A DNA stretch of 40,488 nt from a virus (IMGVR_UViG_3300049170_000065:1-40488); one strand, 5' to 3'. Counted from the first letter of the stretch, positions 26,518-35,576 are shown. Notes: generated from the letters alone by a model not told the origin. Translations and numbers: made by a program.

Positions 26518-28491
26518 ATGAGTACCCGCGCCCGCGACTGGCACCTGGCCACCGACAGCGTCCTCGGCAACGCCGTGACCGCCGGGGTCGGCATAGCGGC
26601 CACCACGGCCGCCATGGACGCCGCGCAGATGCACCCGGTCGCAGGCGCGGGCTTCGCTGGGATCGGCGCCCTGACCAGCCTCCTGTCCGGCGGCATGGAC
26701 ACCCCGGAACGCGTCACGGCCAACCTGGCCCGGTGGAGTGCGGCCGGAGCCTGGATGTCGTGGGGGATGCTCGACGGGAAGTGGGGGGCGATCCTGCACT
26801 CCGACCCGTGGAGCATCCCCGCGCTGGGCACCCTCGCCGCCGGCTCGGCAATCGGGGCATCCCTGGGGCCGTGGCTGCGGCGCCGCTCCCAGGCCCCCAA
26901 GGGCCAGCCGGGCGGCCTGGTGCTGGGGTCGGCGGCACGGGAGAACGCCGACTGGCAGCAGCGCATCCTGGAACGCGGCGGAATCGGGTTCCGCGGCGTC
27001 GTGGTGGAGTCGGTTACCCGGTGGGGCAACGGGCTCGGCGAGGACGTGCGGGTGGTGCTGCCGAAGGCGGGCGCCACCGTCGACCAGCTCCGCCACCAGC
27101 TCCCCGGGCTGGCCGCGGACGCGAACCTGCCGCACGGGTGCACCATCGAGACGATCGAGCCGAAGGGTGAGGGGCAGCGGGTGGTGACCCTGCGGGTGCC
27201 GACGCGGATGCTGGACAACCTCAACGAGATGCACCCGCTGTGGGATGAGCAGCGGTCCATCCTCGACGGGGTTCCGATCGGGATCCGCCCGAACGGCGAC
27301 ATCGCCGAGGGGCCGATGCGGGAGGAGTCGTGGCTGGTCGTCGGGAAGAAGGGCGCCGGCAAGACGACGTTGCTGCATGGGATCACGGCGACGGTGGGGA
27401 TGTGCTCCGACGCGCTGGTGTGGCACATCGACCTCAACGGGGGCGGCATGACGCAGCCGTGGGTGGATGTGTGGCTGGACGGGCGCGTGGAGCGGTGTCC
27501 TGTCGACTGGTCGGCGCCCACGATCGACGAGGCGCTGCGGATGACTGAGGTCGCAGTGCGGATCGCACTCCACCGCAAGGGCGCGTACCGCAAGCGGAAG
27601 AAGGCCCACAATACGAACCTGCTGCCGATCGGCGCGGACCTGCCGGAGATCGTCATCATGCTCGACGAGGGCGCCGAGGCGATGGCAGCAGGCGGCAAGG
27701 GCGCCGTGGGTCAGCTCGCCGCGAACCTGGAGAAGATTCAGCGCATCGCCCGAAACGAAGCCGTGAACCTCGTCCTCAGCGTGCTGCGCGGGACCGGGGA
27801 TCTGGTGCCCGCGGCGATGACCACCCAGACCGGGGTGGGCATCTGCATGAAGGTCCGCCAGCAGAAGGAAATCGCCTCGGTTTTCGAAGTGGCCTACGAG
27901 CTGAAGATGAAGCCGGAGCACCTGATCGCGAAGGGCGCCGGGTGGATCGGGGTCGACGGCGACCTGCCGTCCCGCTACCAGACGTGGAACATCCTGCCCG
28001 ACGACATGGAACAGATGGCGCTCCGGATCGCCCGTCAGCGCCCGGACCTGGATGAGGCATCGGCGAAGGTCGCCGGGGAGGACTACGCGACCCGCTACGA
28101 CCGGATGCGGGAGTTGTTCGCGGAGGACGCCGAGATCGTCGAGGCGCCCGCCCGGGTGTCGACCGCGGCGGCAACGTCGTCGTCGGTGACCGCCGACTGG
28201 GATACGGGGTTCACTGCGACCGTCACCGAGGTCCGCCCCGCCCTCCCGCCGGCTGCGGCCGACGACATCCTCGCCGAGGCGTTGCGGGTGATGGATGCGG
28301 CGGGGGTGGACCGGATGGGCCGGGAGCAGCTCGCCGCGGAGCTGACGGGCGGGGACGAGGACGCGCTCCGCCGGGCGATGGTCAACGCCGGTGCGGGTGC
28401 CCCGCATTCGATCCGGTTGGCGGATGGAACCCCGGCGCGGGGTTGGTATCGGCGTGAGGTTGAGGCGGCGACGGCTGTGACGGCGGCGTGA
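26518..28491 (+). CDS. TraB-like FtsK/SpoIIIE conjugative DNA translocase
   Basis: N-terminal TM segments, Walker A GKKGAGKT, WHIDLNGG, Walker B IVIMLDEG, C-terminal winged-helix ending RGWYRR. Confidence 0.82.
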   Translation: MSTRARDWHLATDSVLGNAVTAGVGIAATTAAMDAAQMHPVAGAGFAGIGALTSLLSGGMDTPERVTANLARWSAAGAWMSWGMLDGKWGAILHSDPWSIPALGTLAAGSAIGASLGPWLRRRSQAPKGQPGGLVLGSAARENADWQQRILERGGIGFRGVVVESVTRWGNGLGEDVRVVLPKAGATVDQLRHQLPGLAADANLPHGCTIETIEPKGEGQRVVTLRVPTRMLDNLNEMHPLWDEQRSILDGVPIGIRPNGDIAEGPMREESWLVVGKKGAGKTTLLHGITATVGMCSDALVWHIDLNGGGMTQPWVDVWLDGRVERCPVDWSAPTIDEALRMTEVAVRIALHRKGAYRKRKKAHNTNLLPIGADLPEIVIMLDEGAEAMAAGGKGAVGQLAANLEKIQRIARNEAVNLVLSVLRGTGDLVPAAMTTQTGVGICMKVRQQKEIASVFEVAYELKMKPEHLIAKGAGWIGVDGDLPSRYQTWNILPDDMEQMALRIARQRPDLDEASAKVAGEDYATRYDRMRELFAEDAEIVEAPARVSTAAATSSSVTADWDTGFTATVTEVRPALPPAAADDILAEALRVMDAAGVDRMGREQLAAELTGGDEDALRRAMVNAGAGAPHSIRLADGTPARGWYRREVEAATAVTAA

Positions 28492-28650
28492 CGCCTGGCC
28501 GTCACGGTTGTGACGGTGTCACACGCGTGACACCCGTTGTGACGCTCTGACCTGCTGTAACACCGTGACGGTCGGGTGCGACAACCCCGGTTTCCGGCCC
28601 TCAGGGCCCCTGAACCCCCCACCCCATGCGGCGGTGTCACACCGTCACAC
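28476..28650. repeat. clt-like short repeat cluster (YGTGACRS)
   Basis: GTGAC at 28477, 28488, 28510, 28527, 28539, 28565; GTCAC at 28501, 28518, 28636, 28644. Confidence 0.7.
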
Positions 28651-28721
28651 GACAAAGCGAAGGGCCCGCCCCGAACCGTCAAGCACCGGGCGGGCCCACC
28701 CCATAGAGAGGCACCACCATC

Positions 28722-30107
28722 ATGGCATCCAGCATCCTCGACGCCGCACGGCAGGCCCTGGCGTGGGCCAGCGGCCCTGTGCTCAGCGGTGTCCTCACGC
28801 TCACCATGAGCGTGGTCCTGCTGTCCGGCGCCCTGTGGCTGCTGCGCAGGACCACCCGGAAATGGGCTGACCGACCGCCCCGCGACGGGGCGTTCTCCCG
28901 AGGCGACATCGCCGCGATCGCGTCCGTCCTCGGACTGGCCCTGCTGTTCGTGTCGGTGGCGTTCGCCATGAGCGCGGCCACCCTGTACTCCTCCGCGACC
29001 TGGTTGAAGTCCACCCCGATCCCGCTCAACGGCGGTGACCTGCGGTTCCTGTTCCCGCTGGTCCTCGACGGGCTCATCGTCATGTTCCTGGCGCTGGACC
29101 TGTGGACCGAGTGGAAGCACATCCGCCACCCCTACTACCGGTGGGTGGCTTACGGGTTGTCCCTGCTCACCCTGTACCTGAACGTGCGCCACGGCGGCGG
29201 CGGGTCGCTGATCGGGCATGCCGCCCCGCCCCTCGGGGTCATCGTCATCAGTGAGGGCTTGGCGATCTGGATCCGGTCTATGGCGGGCCTGGTGGAGACG
29301 GGCCGGACACCGGACCGGGTGCCGATGGGCCACTGGATCGCCCGTCCCGCGTCGGCGTTTCGGGTGTGGCGGCTGATGCTCGGCTGGAACATCACCAGCT
29401 ACGGGGACGCGGTGGAGATGGAGCGGCGCCGGTCGATGGCCTATGCGATGCTGCGCGAGCAGTACGGCGACACCTGGCGGGAGGCGACACCGGAGCATGT
29501 CCGGTGGATGCTGAACAACGGACACGACCTGGATGTCGCCTACGACATCACCCGGGCGCTGACGGAGGAGCGCGTCGCCCTGTCCGCCGAGGAGGTGTCC
29601 GGGCGACGCGACACCGTCCGGCCGGCGGTCGCGTCCGGCGACGTGCGACACGACGCCGACGGTGCGACACCGGACCCCGGGGCGGGGGGCGACAGCGACA
29701 CGACGCCCGTGGGCGACACCGATGTCGCGGTGGTGGTGGCGTCGGACACGGCGGTGGATGTCGCCCCCGACAGCGACATGGGCGACGCGACAGCACCCCG
29801 GCCTGCGGATGTCGCCTCCTCGGGCACGCTGGTGTCGCGGGGCGACGTGTCGCCTGTCGTGCCGGAGACGCCTGTCGTGTCGCTGTCGGACATGGCGGAG
29901 CGCGACCGGCAGGTCGTGGAGTGGCTGCGACAGGACCCGGACATGTCCGGTGCGGAGATCGGGCGTCGCATCGGGGCGACAGCGAAGACCGGACAGCGAC
30001 TCAAGAGCAAGCTGGCCCCTGTCGCGCGACAGGCCGCCGAGGGCGACGTCCCGGCGGACGCGACGGCGGACAGCGACAGTGACGCGGCGGACACCGCCGT
30101 CGTGTGA
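28722..30107 (+). CDS. DUF2637 / Spd-like membrane protein with C-terminal HTH
   Basis: FAMS...LFPLVLDGLIV...LYLNV.H...HAAPP.....E; C-terminal PDMSGAEIGRRIGATAKTGQRL. Confidence 0.78.
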   Translation: MASSILDAARQALAWASGPVLSGVLTLTMSVVLLSGALWLLRRTTRKWADRPPRDGAFSRGDIAAIASVLGLALLFVSVAFAMSAATLYSSATWLKSTPIPLNGGDLRFLFPLVLDGLIVMFLALDLWTEWKHIRHPYYRWVAYGLSLLTLYLNVRHGGGGSLIGHAAPPLGVIVISEGLAIWIRSMAGLVETGRTPDRVPMGHWIARPASAFRVWRLMLGWNITSYGDAVEMERRRSMAYAMLREQYGDTWREATPEHVRWMLNNGHDLDVAYDITRALTEERVALSAEEVSGRRDTVRPAVASGDVRHDADGATPDPGAGGDSDTTPVGDTDVAVVVASDTAVDVAPDSDMGDATAPRPADVASSGTLVSRGDVSPVVPETPVVSLSDMAERDRQVVEWLRQDPDMSGAEIGRRIGATAKTGQRLKSKLAPVARQAAEGDVPADATADSDSDAADTAVV

Positions 30108-30359
30108 GGTGTCGTCTCTCTGGTGCCGCAGCGGTGTCGCGGCGCTGGGGAGGGGGCGCGTCGTTCGAAGAGTAGAGGAGCGCGATGTTGCACGACCCGT
30201 CCGCAGTCCTGGCCCTTCTGTACGCCTCCCCGGATGCGGCTGTGGTGTTGCGTTCGGGTCGTTTGGTGGTGGCGGTGCCCGAGCCTGGGGAGCGGGTGGT
30301 GTTGACCCGGGAGGGGTTGCTGCACGGCGGGTGGGGGGCGCTGTGGGAACTGGTGGCGT

Positions 30360-30423
30360 AATTTCCGGTACCGCTTATTGACAGCAGGGGTCGCCACCCC
30401 TAGATTAAGCGGTACCGGAAATT
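30360..30423 (+). promoter_or_regulatory. Near-consensus promoter flanked by a perfect 18 bp inverted repeat
   Basis: AATTTCCGGTACCGCTTA (30360-30377), TTGACA-17-TAGATT, TAAGCGGTACCGGAAATT (30406-30423). Confidence 0.85.
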
Positions 30424-30442
30424 CCTGACCTGGGGAGACCAG

Positions 30443-30892
30443 ATGGCCACCTTCACCTACCGCATCGAAACCAACTACGCCGACACCGGCGACATCCCGC
30501 GCTGGGCCATCGAGAACGACGACGCCCGAGGAACCGAGCACATCACCGACGCGACCGCCGCCGACGTCGCCCGCGAGATCGCCGACAACCGCCGCGCCGA
30601 CCTCGAAGCGAACCAGGAGACCGGCGAGTGGCGGGTCCTGGTGTGGGAGCGCGACACCGAAGGCGACGCCGACCACATCCCCGCCACCGTCCACTTCGCC
30701 CTCACCGAGGACGACTACCGGCGCGGCCGGGGACGCCCCGCGATCGGCCCCGAGGTGAAGACGCGCCTGGCCGACCACGAGGTGGCGCAGGTCGACGCGA
30801 TCGCGGCGTCCACCGGGCTGTCGCGGGCGCAGGTCATCCGCCAGGCCGTGCAGGGCTACCTCGCACAGCAGGTCCGCACCTATCAGCTCTGA
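30443..30892 (+). CDS. Acidic domain fused to C-terminal ribbon-helix-helix
   Basis: RGRGRPAIGPEVKTRLADHEVAQVDAIAASTGLSRAQVIRQAV. Confidence 0.78.
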   Translation: MATFTYRIETNYADTGDIPRWAIENDDARGTEHITDATAADVAREIADNRRADLEANQETGEWRVLVWERDTEGDADHIPATVHFALTEDDYRRGRGRPAIGPEVKTRLADHEVAQVDAIAASTGLSRAQVIRQAVQGYLAQQVRTYQL

Positions 30893-30917
30893 CCATAGGA
30901 AAGCGAAGGAGAACAGC

Positions 30918-31400
30918 ATGCTGACCGACATCACCGTCACCATCGACGACGTCGACCTGGCGGACAAGAGGAACGCGTGGCTCCTCGCCGCCGAGGCGGC
31001 CGGGTACACCATCGAGACAGCGGGGACCGACGACCTGGGGCGCCCGATCGTTGAGCACGATGGCACCACCTACGTCCTGGACAGCTACTACAAGCACCCG
31101 AACCGCTGGGTGGTCATCGCGAGGCAGCCGCCCTACCTGCGGGTGGAGATCATGGCGTCCAACGGCAAGGAAGTCGGGGACGAGAGCGTGCAGACCTGGG
31201 GCATCACCGACGGCCGCGATTCGTTCGCGGATCAGGTCCCCTACTACGAAGACGACACGATCACCGACGCCATCGACCGGTTCCGCGCGAAGGGGGCGCT
31301 GCCGGAGGGCGAGACCGAGGTGATCGACGAGGAGGACACCAGCGACGTCTTCTGGGCCGTGGAGGGGCACGGCCGCTACATCGTGGAGATCACCGGATGA
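30918..31400 (+). CDS. Very acidic hypothetical protein (160 aa)
   Basis: AAGGAG RBS; D/E-rich. Confidence 0.7.
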   Translation: MLTDITVTIDDVDLADKRNAWLLAAEAAGYTIETAGTDDLGRPIVEHDGTTYVLDSYYKHPNRWVVIARQPPYLRVEIMASNGKEVGDESVQTWGITDGRDSFADQVPYYEDDTITDAIDRFRAKGALPEGETEVIDEEDTSDVFWAVEGHGRYIVEITG

Positions 31401-31430
31401 CGCCAGCGGCGAGCGAGTAGGCACCGCCTC

Positions 31431-31463
31431 CGGCCCGGCCCCCACGACGGGGGCCGGGCTTCG
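31431..31463. terminator. Hairpin terminator between convergent genes
   Basis: GCCCGGCCCCC-loop-GGGGGCCGGGC. Confidence 0.7.
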
Positions 31464-31468
31464 TGCTG

Positions 31469-32509
31469 TCAGGCGCCTGCGCGCGCGGGCGGTAGGAGGG
31501 GTTCGTCGTACACGGACTGGTCCGCCGGGTTGGCGAAGGGCGTGTAACCGCCGTTGCGGGGTTTGTTGATGCTGCGCCAGTAGGCGCCCATGTCGGTGTC
31601 GGCGAGGCTGCGAGGCGCCTCTGCGGGGGCGCCGAGGGCGGTTACGAGATCGGGTCGGGCGTCCCCGCCGACCTGGGCGAGGTGGGCGCGGATCACGTCG
31701 GCGTCGCCGGCTTTGATGTCGCCCATGCACAGGGAGCATCCGCCGCCGTGGAGTGTGGTGGCGTGCAGACCGCACTTGGCGGCGGTGGGCCGGGTCCGGC
31801 GGCGGGCGGCGGCGAGGTCGCGTTGGAGGTCGCGGTCGGGGCGTCCGGTGATCCAGGTGGTGATGGAGCGGATGCGGGTCCCTGCTGCGGCGGCTTGGGT
31901 TTCGATGAGGTCGACGACGGCGGCGGCCTCGTCCTCGGTGCAGCCGGTGCGTTCGGTGACGATCTGTTCTGGTGTCTTCCTCTTCCTCGTCGCCTTCTCA
32001 GCGGCGGGCTCCGAAGAGGATGACGGATCCCCTGAGGGATCACCTGACGGATCTACTGATGGATAGGGGTCACCGGAGGTACCTTCGTTGGTACCTCCCA
32101 GGTACCTTTGCCGGTCCCCACGGGAACCATTGGTGTGCCCCACGGGGACCTTTGCCCCCTCCTCGGTGTCCTCTTCGAACCCGAGTCCGGGCACCAGGTT
32201 GTCGTCGTAGACCCGGTCGGGGCGCCGCATCGACTCCAGCCGCTTCACGTTGATGCGGGAGGCGTTGGTCGTCCGGCCGCCGCCCGACTTGCCGCGCTTC
32301 ACGGTCACGAGGAGGCCCACGTCGAGAAGCTGCTTGCGGACCTTCTTCACGCCGCTGACGGACAGCCCGGTCATGTCGGCGATGCGCTCGACGCCGGGCC
32401 AGCAGTACCCGTGCGGGTCGGTGAAGTTGCAGTAGGCCAGCAGGACCGCCTTCTGGGGGGCGGTGAGGTCTTGGGCGTCGAAGACCGTCTGCATGTGCTG
32501 GATGCTCAT
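31469..32509 (-). CDS. Second replication initiator-like protein (N-terminal winged HTH)
   Basis: QKAVLLAYCNFTDPHGYCWPGVERIADMTGLSVSGVKK; internal DNA repeats; PSVDPSGDPS linker. Confidence 0.78.
   Translation of the reverse strand: MSIQHMQTVFDAQDLTAPQKAVLLAYCNFTDPHGYCWPGVERIADMTGLSVSGVKKVRKQLLDVGLLVTVKRGKSGGGRTTNASRINVKRLESMRRPDRVYDDNLVPGLGFEEDTEEGAKVPVGHTNGSRGDRQRYLGGTNEGTSGDPYPSVDPSGDPSGDPSSSSEPAAEKATRKRKTPEQIVTERTGCTEDEAAAVVDLIETQAAAAGTRIRSITTWITGRPDRDLQRDLAAARRRTRPTAAKCGLHATTLHGGGCSLCMGDIKAGDADVIRAHLAQVGGDARPDLVTALGAPAEAPRSLADTDMGAYWRSINKPRNGGYTPFANPADQSVYDEPLLPPARAGA
32021..32156. repeat. Iteron-like repeats within the second initiator
   Basis: Four ~22 bp units starting at 32068, 32090, 32113 and 32135 (core GGNACCTTTG-like), preceded by four 12 bp GANGGAT units. 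Confidence 0.65.
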
Positions 32510-32759
32510 CGCGCGCCTCCCTGGGGGAGGTACGCGAACGTGTCTCGCTGAGTAGCGTCCCGGTTCCGGGTACGGGCTACCATGTGACTAGGATTCATCC
32601 CTAGCCGCCTTCCTGAGTACGCAGGTCGGTGGTCAGAGGCCGTTTGGGTGTTACCAGCACCCGGCGGCCTCGCTTTATGTAGTTGTGCCCCTAGTTTACC
32701 TGCGCCGCAGGCGATCCCGGGCGGAACCGGCCCCGCGGCCGGGCACTAGGGTGTCCGGC

Positions 32760-33293
32760 GTGACCGACTCGAAATGGACCATCCGCGGCGAACGCCTCGT
32801 CGACGAGAACCGCCACATCCGCCTCACCCAGGTCGACATCACCCTCCCCGACGGGATCGAGTTCACCCAGTACGTCGCAACCCTCCCGCCAGCCGCGATG
32901 ACCCTGGTCATGAACGAACAGCGGGAGATCCTGCTGATGCGCCGTCACCGGTTCATCATCGACCGGTGGGTGTGGGAGTTGCCCGGCGGCTACGTCGACC
33001 CCGCCGAGGACATCGCGGTCGCGGCGGCCCGGGAGGTCGAGGAGGAAACCGGGTGGCGACCCCGCAGCATGGAGCACCTGGTGACGTTCCAGCCCGCGAT
33101 CGGCAGCGTGGACCAGCCGCAGATCGTCTACCTCGCCCGCGGCGCCGACCCCACCGGGGCGGCCCCCGACATCAACGAGGCCGAGGAGATCCGGTGGTGG
33201 CCCTTGGAGGAGGCGGTCGCGATGATCGACCGGGGTGACCTCGTCGGCGCCGCTTCCGTGGTGGCCGTGTACCGGGCGCTCACGCTGCCGTAG
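32760..33293 (+). CDS. Nudix hydrolase (ADP-ribose pyrophosphatase-like)
   Basis: WELPGGYVDPAEDIAVAAAREVEEETGW canonical Nudix box; probable leaderless GTG after TAGGGT. Confidence 0.9.
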   Translation: MTDSKWTIRGERLVDENRHIRLTQVDITLPDGIEFTQYVATLPPAAMTLVMNEQREILLMRRHRFIIDRWVWELPGGYVDPAEDIAVAAAREVEEETGWRPRSMEHLVTFQPAIGSVDQPQIVYLARGADPTGAAPDINEAEEIRWWPLEEAVAMIDRGDLVGAASVVAVYRALTLP

Positions 33294-34632
33294 TCAGCTC
33301 CCCGGCGCGCATCTGAAACGCCGCGACCTCCGGCATCCCGCAGTGGGGGCGGAGCCGGTGCTGGACGTCGCGCAGGTAGGACACCGCCCGCCGCGACTCC
33401 AACCCCTCCACCAGCGACAGGGCCTCCTCGCCGACCCGCGCCGCCTCCACCGGGTCCTCGGCCGCGCGGGCGCCGGCGAGCATGAGCAGGTTGAACGCGC
33501 GGCCGCGCACGAAGCTGTTGTCCATGTCGAGGGACCGGTCGGCGTACCGGGCGGTCTGGGCGTCGGAACCCATGGACCGGAAGCAGTGCGCGATCCTCGC
33601 GCTGAGGTAGGCGTCGTCGAAGAACCGCAGCCACTCCGGGGCGTTGGGGTCGTCGCGGTCGAACGCGCGCTCCCCGGCCGCCAGCGCGGTCGAGCACGCG
33701 CGGCCATCCAGCCGGACGGCGTGCCCGTGCGCCTCGATCAGCAGGCACTCCGCCATCAGCGCCGGGTGCCCCGCGCGGCGGGCCGCGGTCTGGGCGGCGC
33801 GCGCCAGGTCGACGGCGTCCCCGCCGCGGCCGACGTAGGTGGCCTGGTGGCCCATGGCGGCAAGCACCTCGGCGCACAGGGCGTCGTCCCCGGCGGTCTG
33901 CGCCATCCGCAGGGACTGGACGAGGTAGCGCTGGGCGATGCCGTGCTCCTCCAGGTCATACGCCATCCACCCGACTTCGCGGGTCAGCTCGGCGGCGGCG
34001 GAGAACAGCGCCTTGCCGATCTCCTCGGTGTAGGTGCCACGCAGCAGGGGGGCGACGTTGGAGTGGAGGTACTGCACGACGGTGGCCCGGACCCTTCCGC
34101 CGCCGAACTCGTTGTCGAGCGCGCGGAACGCCCGCGTCATCTGCCGCAGGGCGGCGATCTCGGGGCGGCCCACACGGGACCGGCCGCGGTGGGCGGGCAC
34201 GTCGCCTCCTGGCAGGGTCAGCCACCGCACCGCGGTGGAGGGGTAGGCGGCGGTGGAGTAGGCCGCGGTGGTGAGCGCGCGTCGGCGTTCGGCGTCGGCC
34301 CGGTAGAGGGCGTCAGCCGCGGCGATGCCGTCCGTCCACGACATCCCGAACTCCAGGGCGACGTCGACACTCCCGCCGGCGAACCCGCAGGCGTCGGGGG
34401 TGATGGTGCGCCCGAGGTGCTCGGAGATGACCTCGGCGATGAGGTGCGGGGCGGGCGGGAGCGGCTGCTCCCCCTCCAGCCACCGCCGGACGCTGTTGTG
34501 GTCGTAGCCGAGGTCGACGCCGCGGTCCGCGCCGCGGGCGACGACCCGGCGCGCCAAGCCCTTGGCGGGGAGGCCGGTCTCGGCGAGGAGGTCGGCGAGC
34601 AATCGGTTCGGGGCCTTCGGCTGTCGCGGCAC
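33280..34632 (-). CDS. XRE-like HTH plus TPR-like regulator (NsdA/sporulation-associated type)
   Basis: PNRLL...YDHNSVRRWLEGEQP; ALDNEFGGGR; VGWMAYD...AQRYLVQSLR; GAGGAG RBS. Confidence 0.8.
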   Translation of the reverse strand: MPRQPKAPNRLLADLLAETGLPAKGLARRVVARGADRGVDLGYDHNSVRRWLEGEQPLPPAPHLIAEVISEHLGRTITPDACGFAGGSVDVALEFGMSWTDGIAAADALYRADAERRRALTTAAYSTAAYPSTAVRWLTLPGGDVPAHRGRSRVGRPEIAALRQMTRAFRALDNEFGGGRVRATVVQYLHSNVAPLLRGTYTEEIGKALFSAAAELTREVGWMAYDLEEHGIAQRYLVQSLRMAQTAGDDALCAEVLAAMGHQATYVGRGGDAVDLARAAQTAARRAGHPALMAECLLIEAHGHAVRLDGRACSTALAAGERAFDRDDPNAPEWLRFFDDAYLSARIAHCFRSMGSDAQTARYADRSLDMDNSFVRGRAFNLLMLAGARAAEDPVEAARVGEEALSLVEGLESRRAVSYLRDVQHRLRPHCGMPEVAAFQMRAGELTTAA

Positions 34633-34817
34633 GGTGGTCTCCTCGATCAGGGTTGTCCGCAGTGTGACACGGGTCATGGCCTGCGCCTACACCCTCGGCG
34701 TTTCTCACTCCCGGTGCGCACGCCCCCTCCCGTCGTGCACGCCTAGGCGGGGGTTGCGCGCCTTCCCCGGTGCTGGTCGCCGGGGGTTGTGTGGGGTGTA
34801 GACCACGGGAGGTGGAG

Positions 34818-35171
34818 ATGGCGCACGCGGAGATGGCGGCGCTCCTCGCGGAAGCGGCCGGGGCGGCTGCGGATCTGGCGGACGAGCAGCAGGCGGAGGC
34901 CGAGCGGGAGCTGGAGCGGTTGGTCGCGGACTACGGCGACGAGTGGCTGGTGCATCGGACCTACGGTGCGGACGGCCGACCGCGGGGGTGGGTGGCGACG
35001 CGGTCCGTCGATGACGATGTGGCGCCGACGGTGCATGCGGACACGGTGGTGGAGCTGGAGCGGCTGATGCGGTCGCCGGGTCGGCGGTACGGGCGGGTGC
35101 TGCCTCCAGCGCAGCGGGCGGCTCTGCTGGCCGAGCTTGCTGACGTGGACCCGTCGGGGTCGTCGTGCTGA
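34818..35171 (+). CDS. Hypothetical protein divergent from the regulator
   Basis: GGAGG RBS; W.ATR...PTVHADT..EL. Confidence 0.6.
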   Translation: MAHAEMAALLAEAAGAAADLADEQQAEAERELERLVADYGDEWLVHRTYGADGRPRGWVATRSVDDDVAPTVHADTVVELERLMRSPGRRYGRVLPPAQRAALLAELADVDPSGSSC

Positions 35172-35419
35172 GCTGGGACGGGCCGTCGCGGTTCTGTCCG
35201 CCGCCGCTGGTGCCGCCGGTGCCGGACGGCCTCGCGGAGGAGTACCCGGCCTGGGAGCTGTTCGGCGGTATCCAGTGCAACGCGGTCCGCCGCGATCCCT
35301 ACGGGACGCCGCAGGAGCAGCGGCCGGGAGTCTTCGACTCGGTTGTCGCGAAGAACTGGGACGCGCTTCGGGAACGGTTGGAGCAGCAGGTCGAGGCGGA
35401 GGCGCGTATGGGCCAGTGA
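35165..35419 (+). CDS. Hypothetical protein (84 aa)
   Basis: Overlaps the previous stop; EEYPAWELF. Confidence 0.55.
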   Translation: MLSWDGPSRFCPPPLVPPVPDGLAEEYPAWELFGGIQCNAVRRDPYGTPQEQRPGVFDSVVAKNWDALRERLEQQVEAEARMGQ

Positions 35420-35534
35420 GGGGGGAGTTGCGGGCGGGCGGGAGGTCTGAGATTGCGCGCCGGTCCCCGGGGGAAGCCGCCCGCCACCAAGCCCGTCGCC
35501 GGGGGGCGGCGGGCTTCTCCGTTTTCGAAGAATT

Positions 35535-35576
35535 ATCTACCCCCCTCTAGACATCGCATCTAGAGGGGGGTAGATT
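35535..35576 (+). promoter_or_regulatory. Promoter embedded in a perfect 17 bp inverted repeat
   Basis: ATCTACCCCCCTCTAGA-7 nt-TCTAGAGGGGGGTAGAT; TAGACA-17-TAGATT. Confidence 0.82.
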
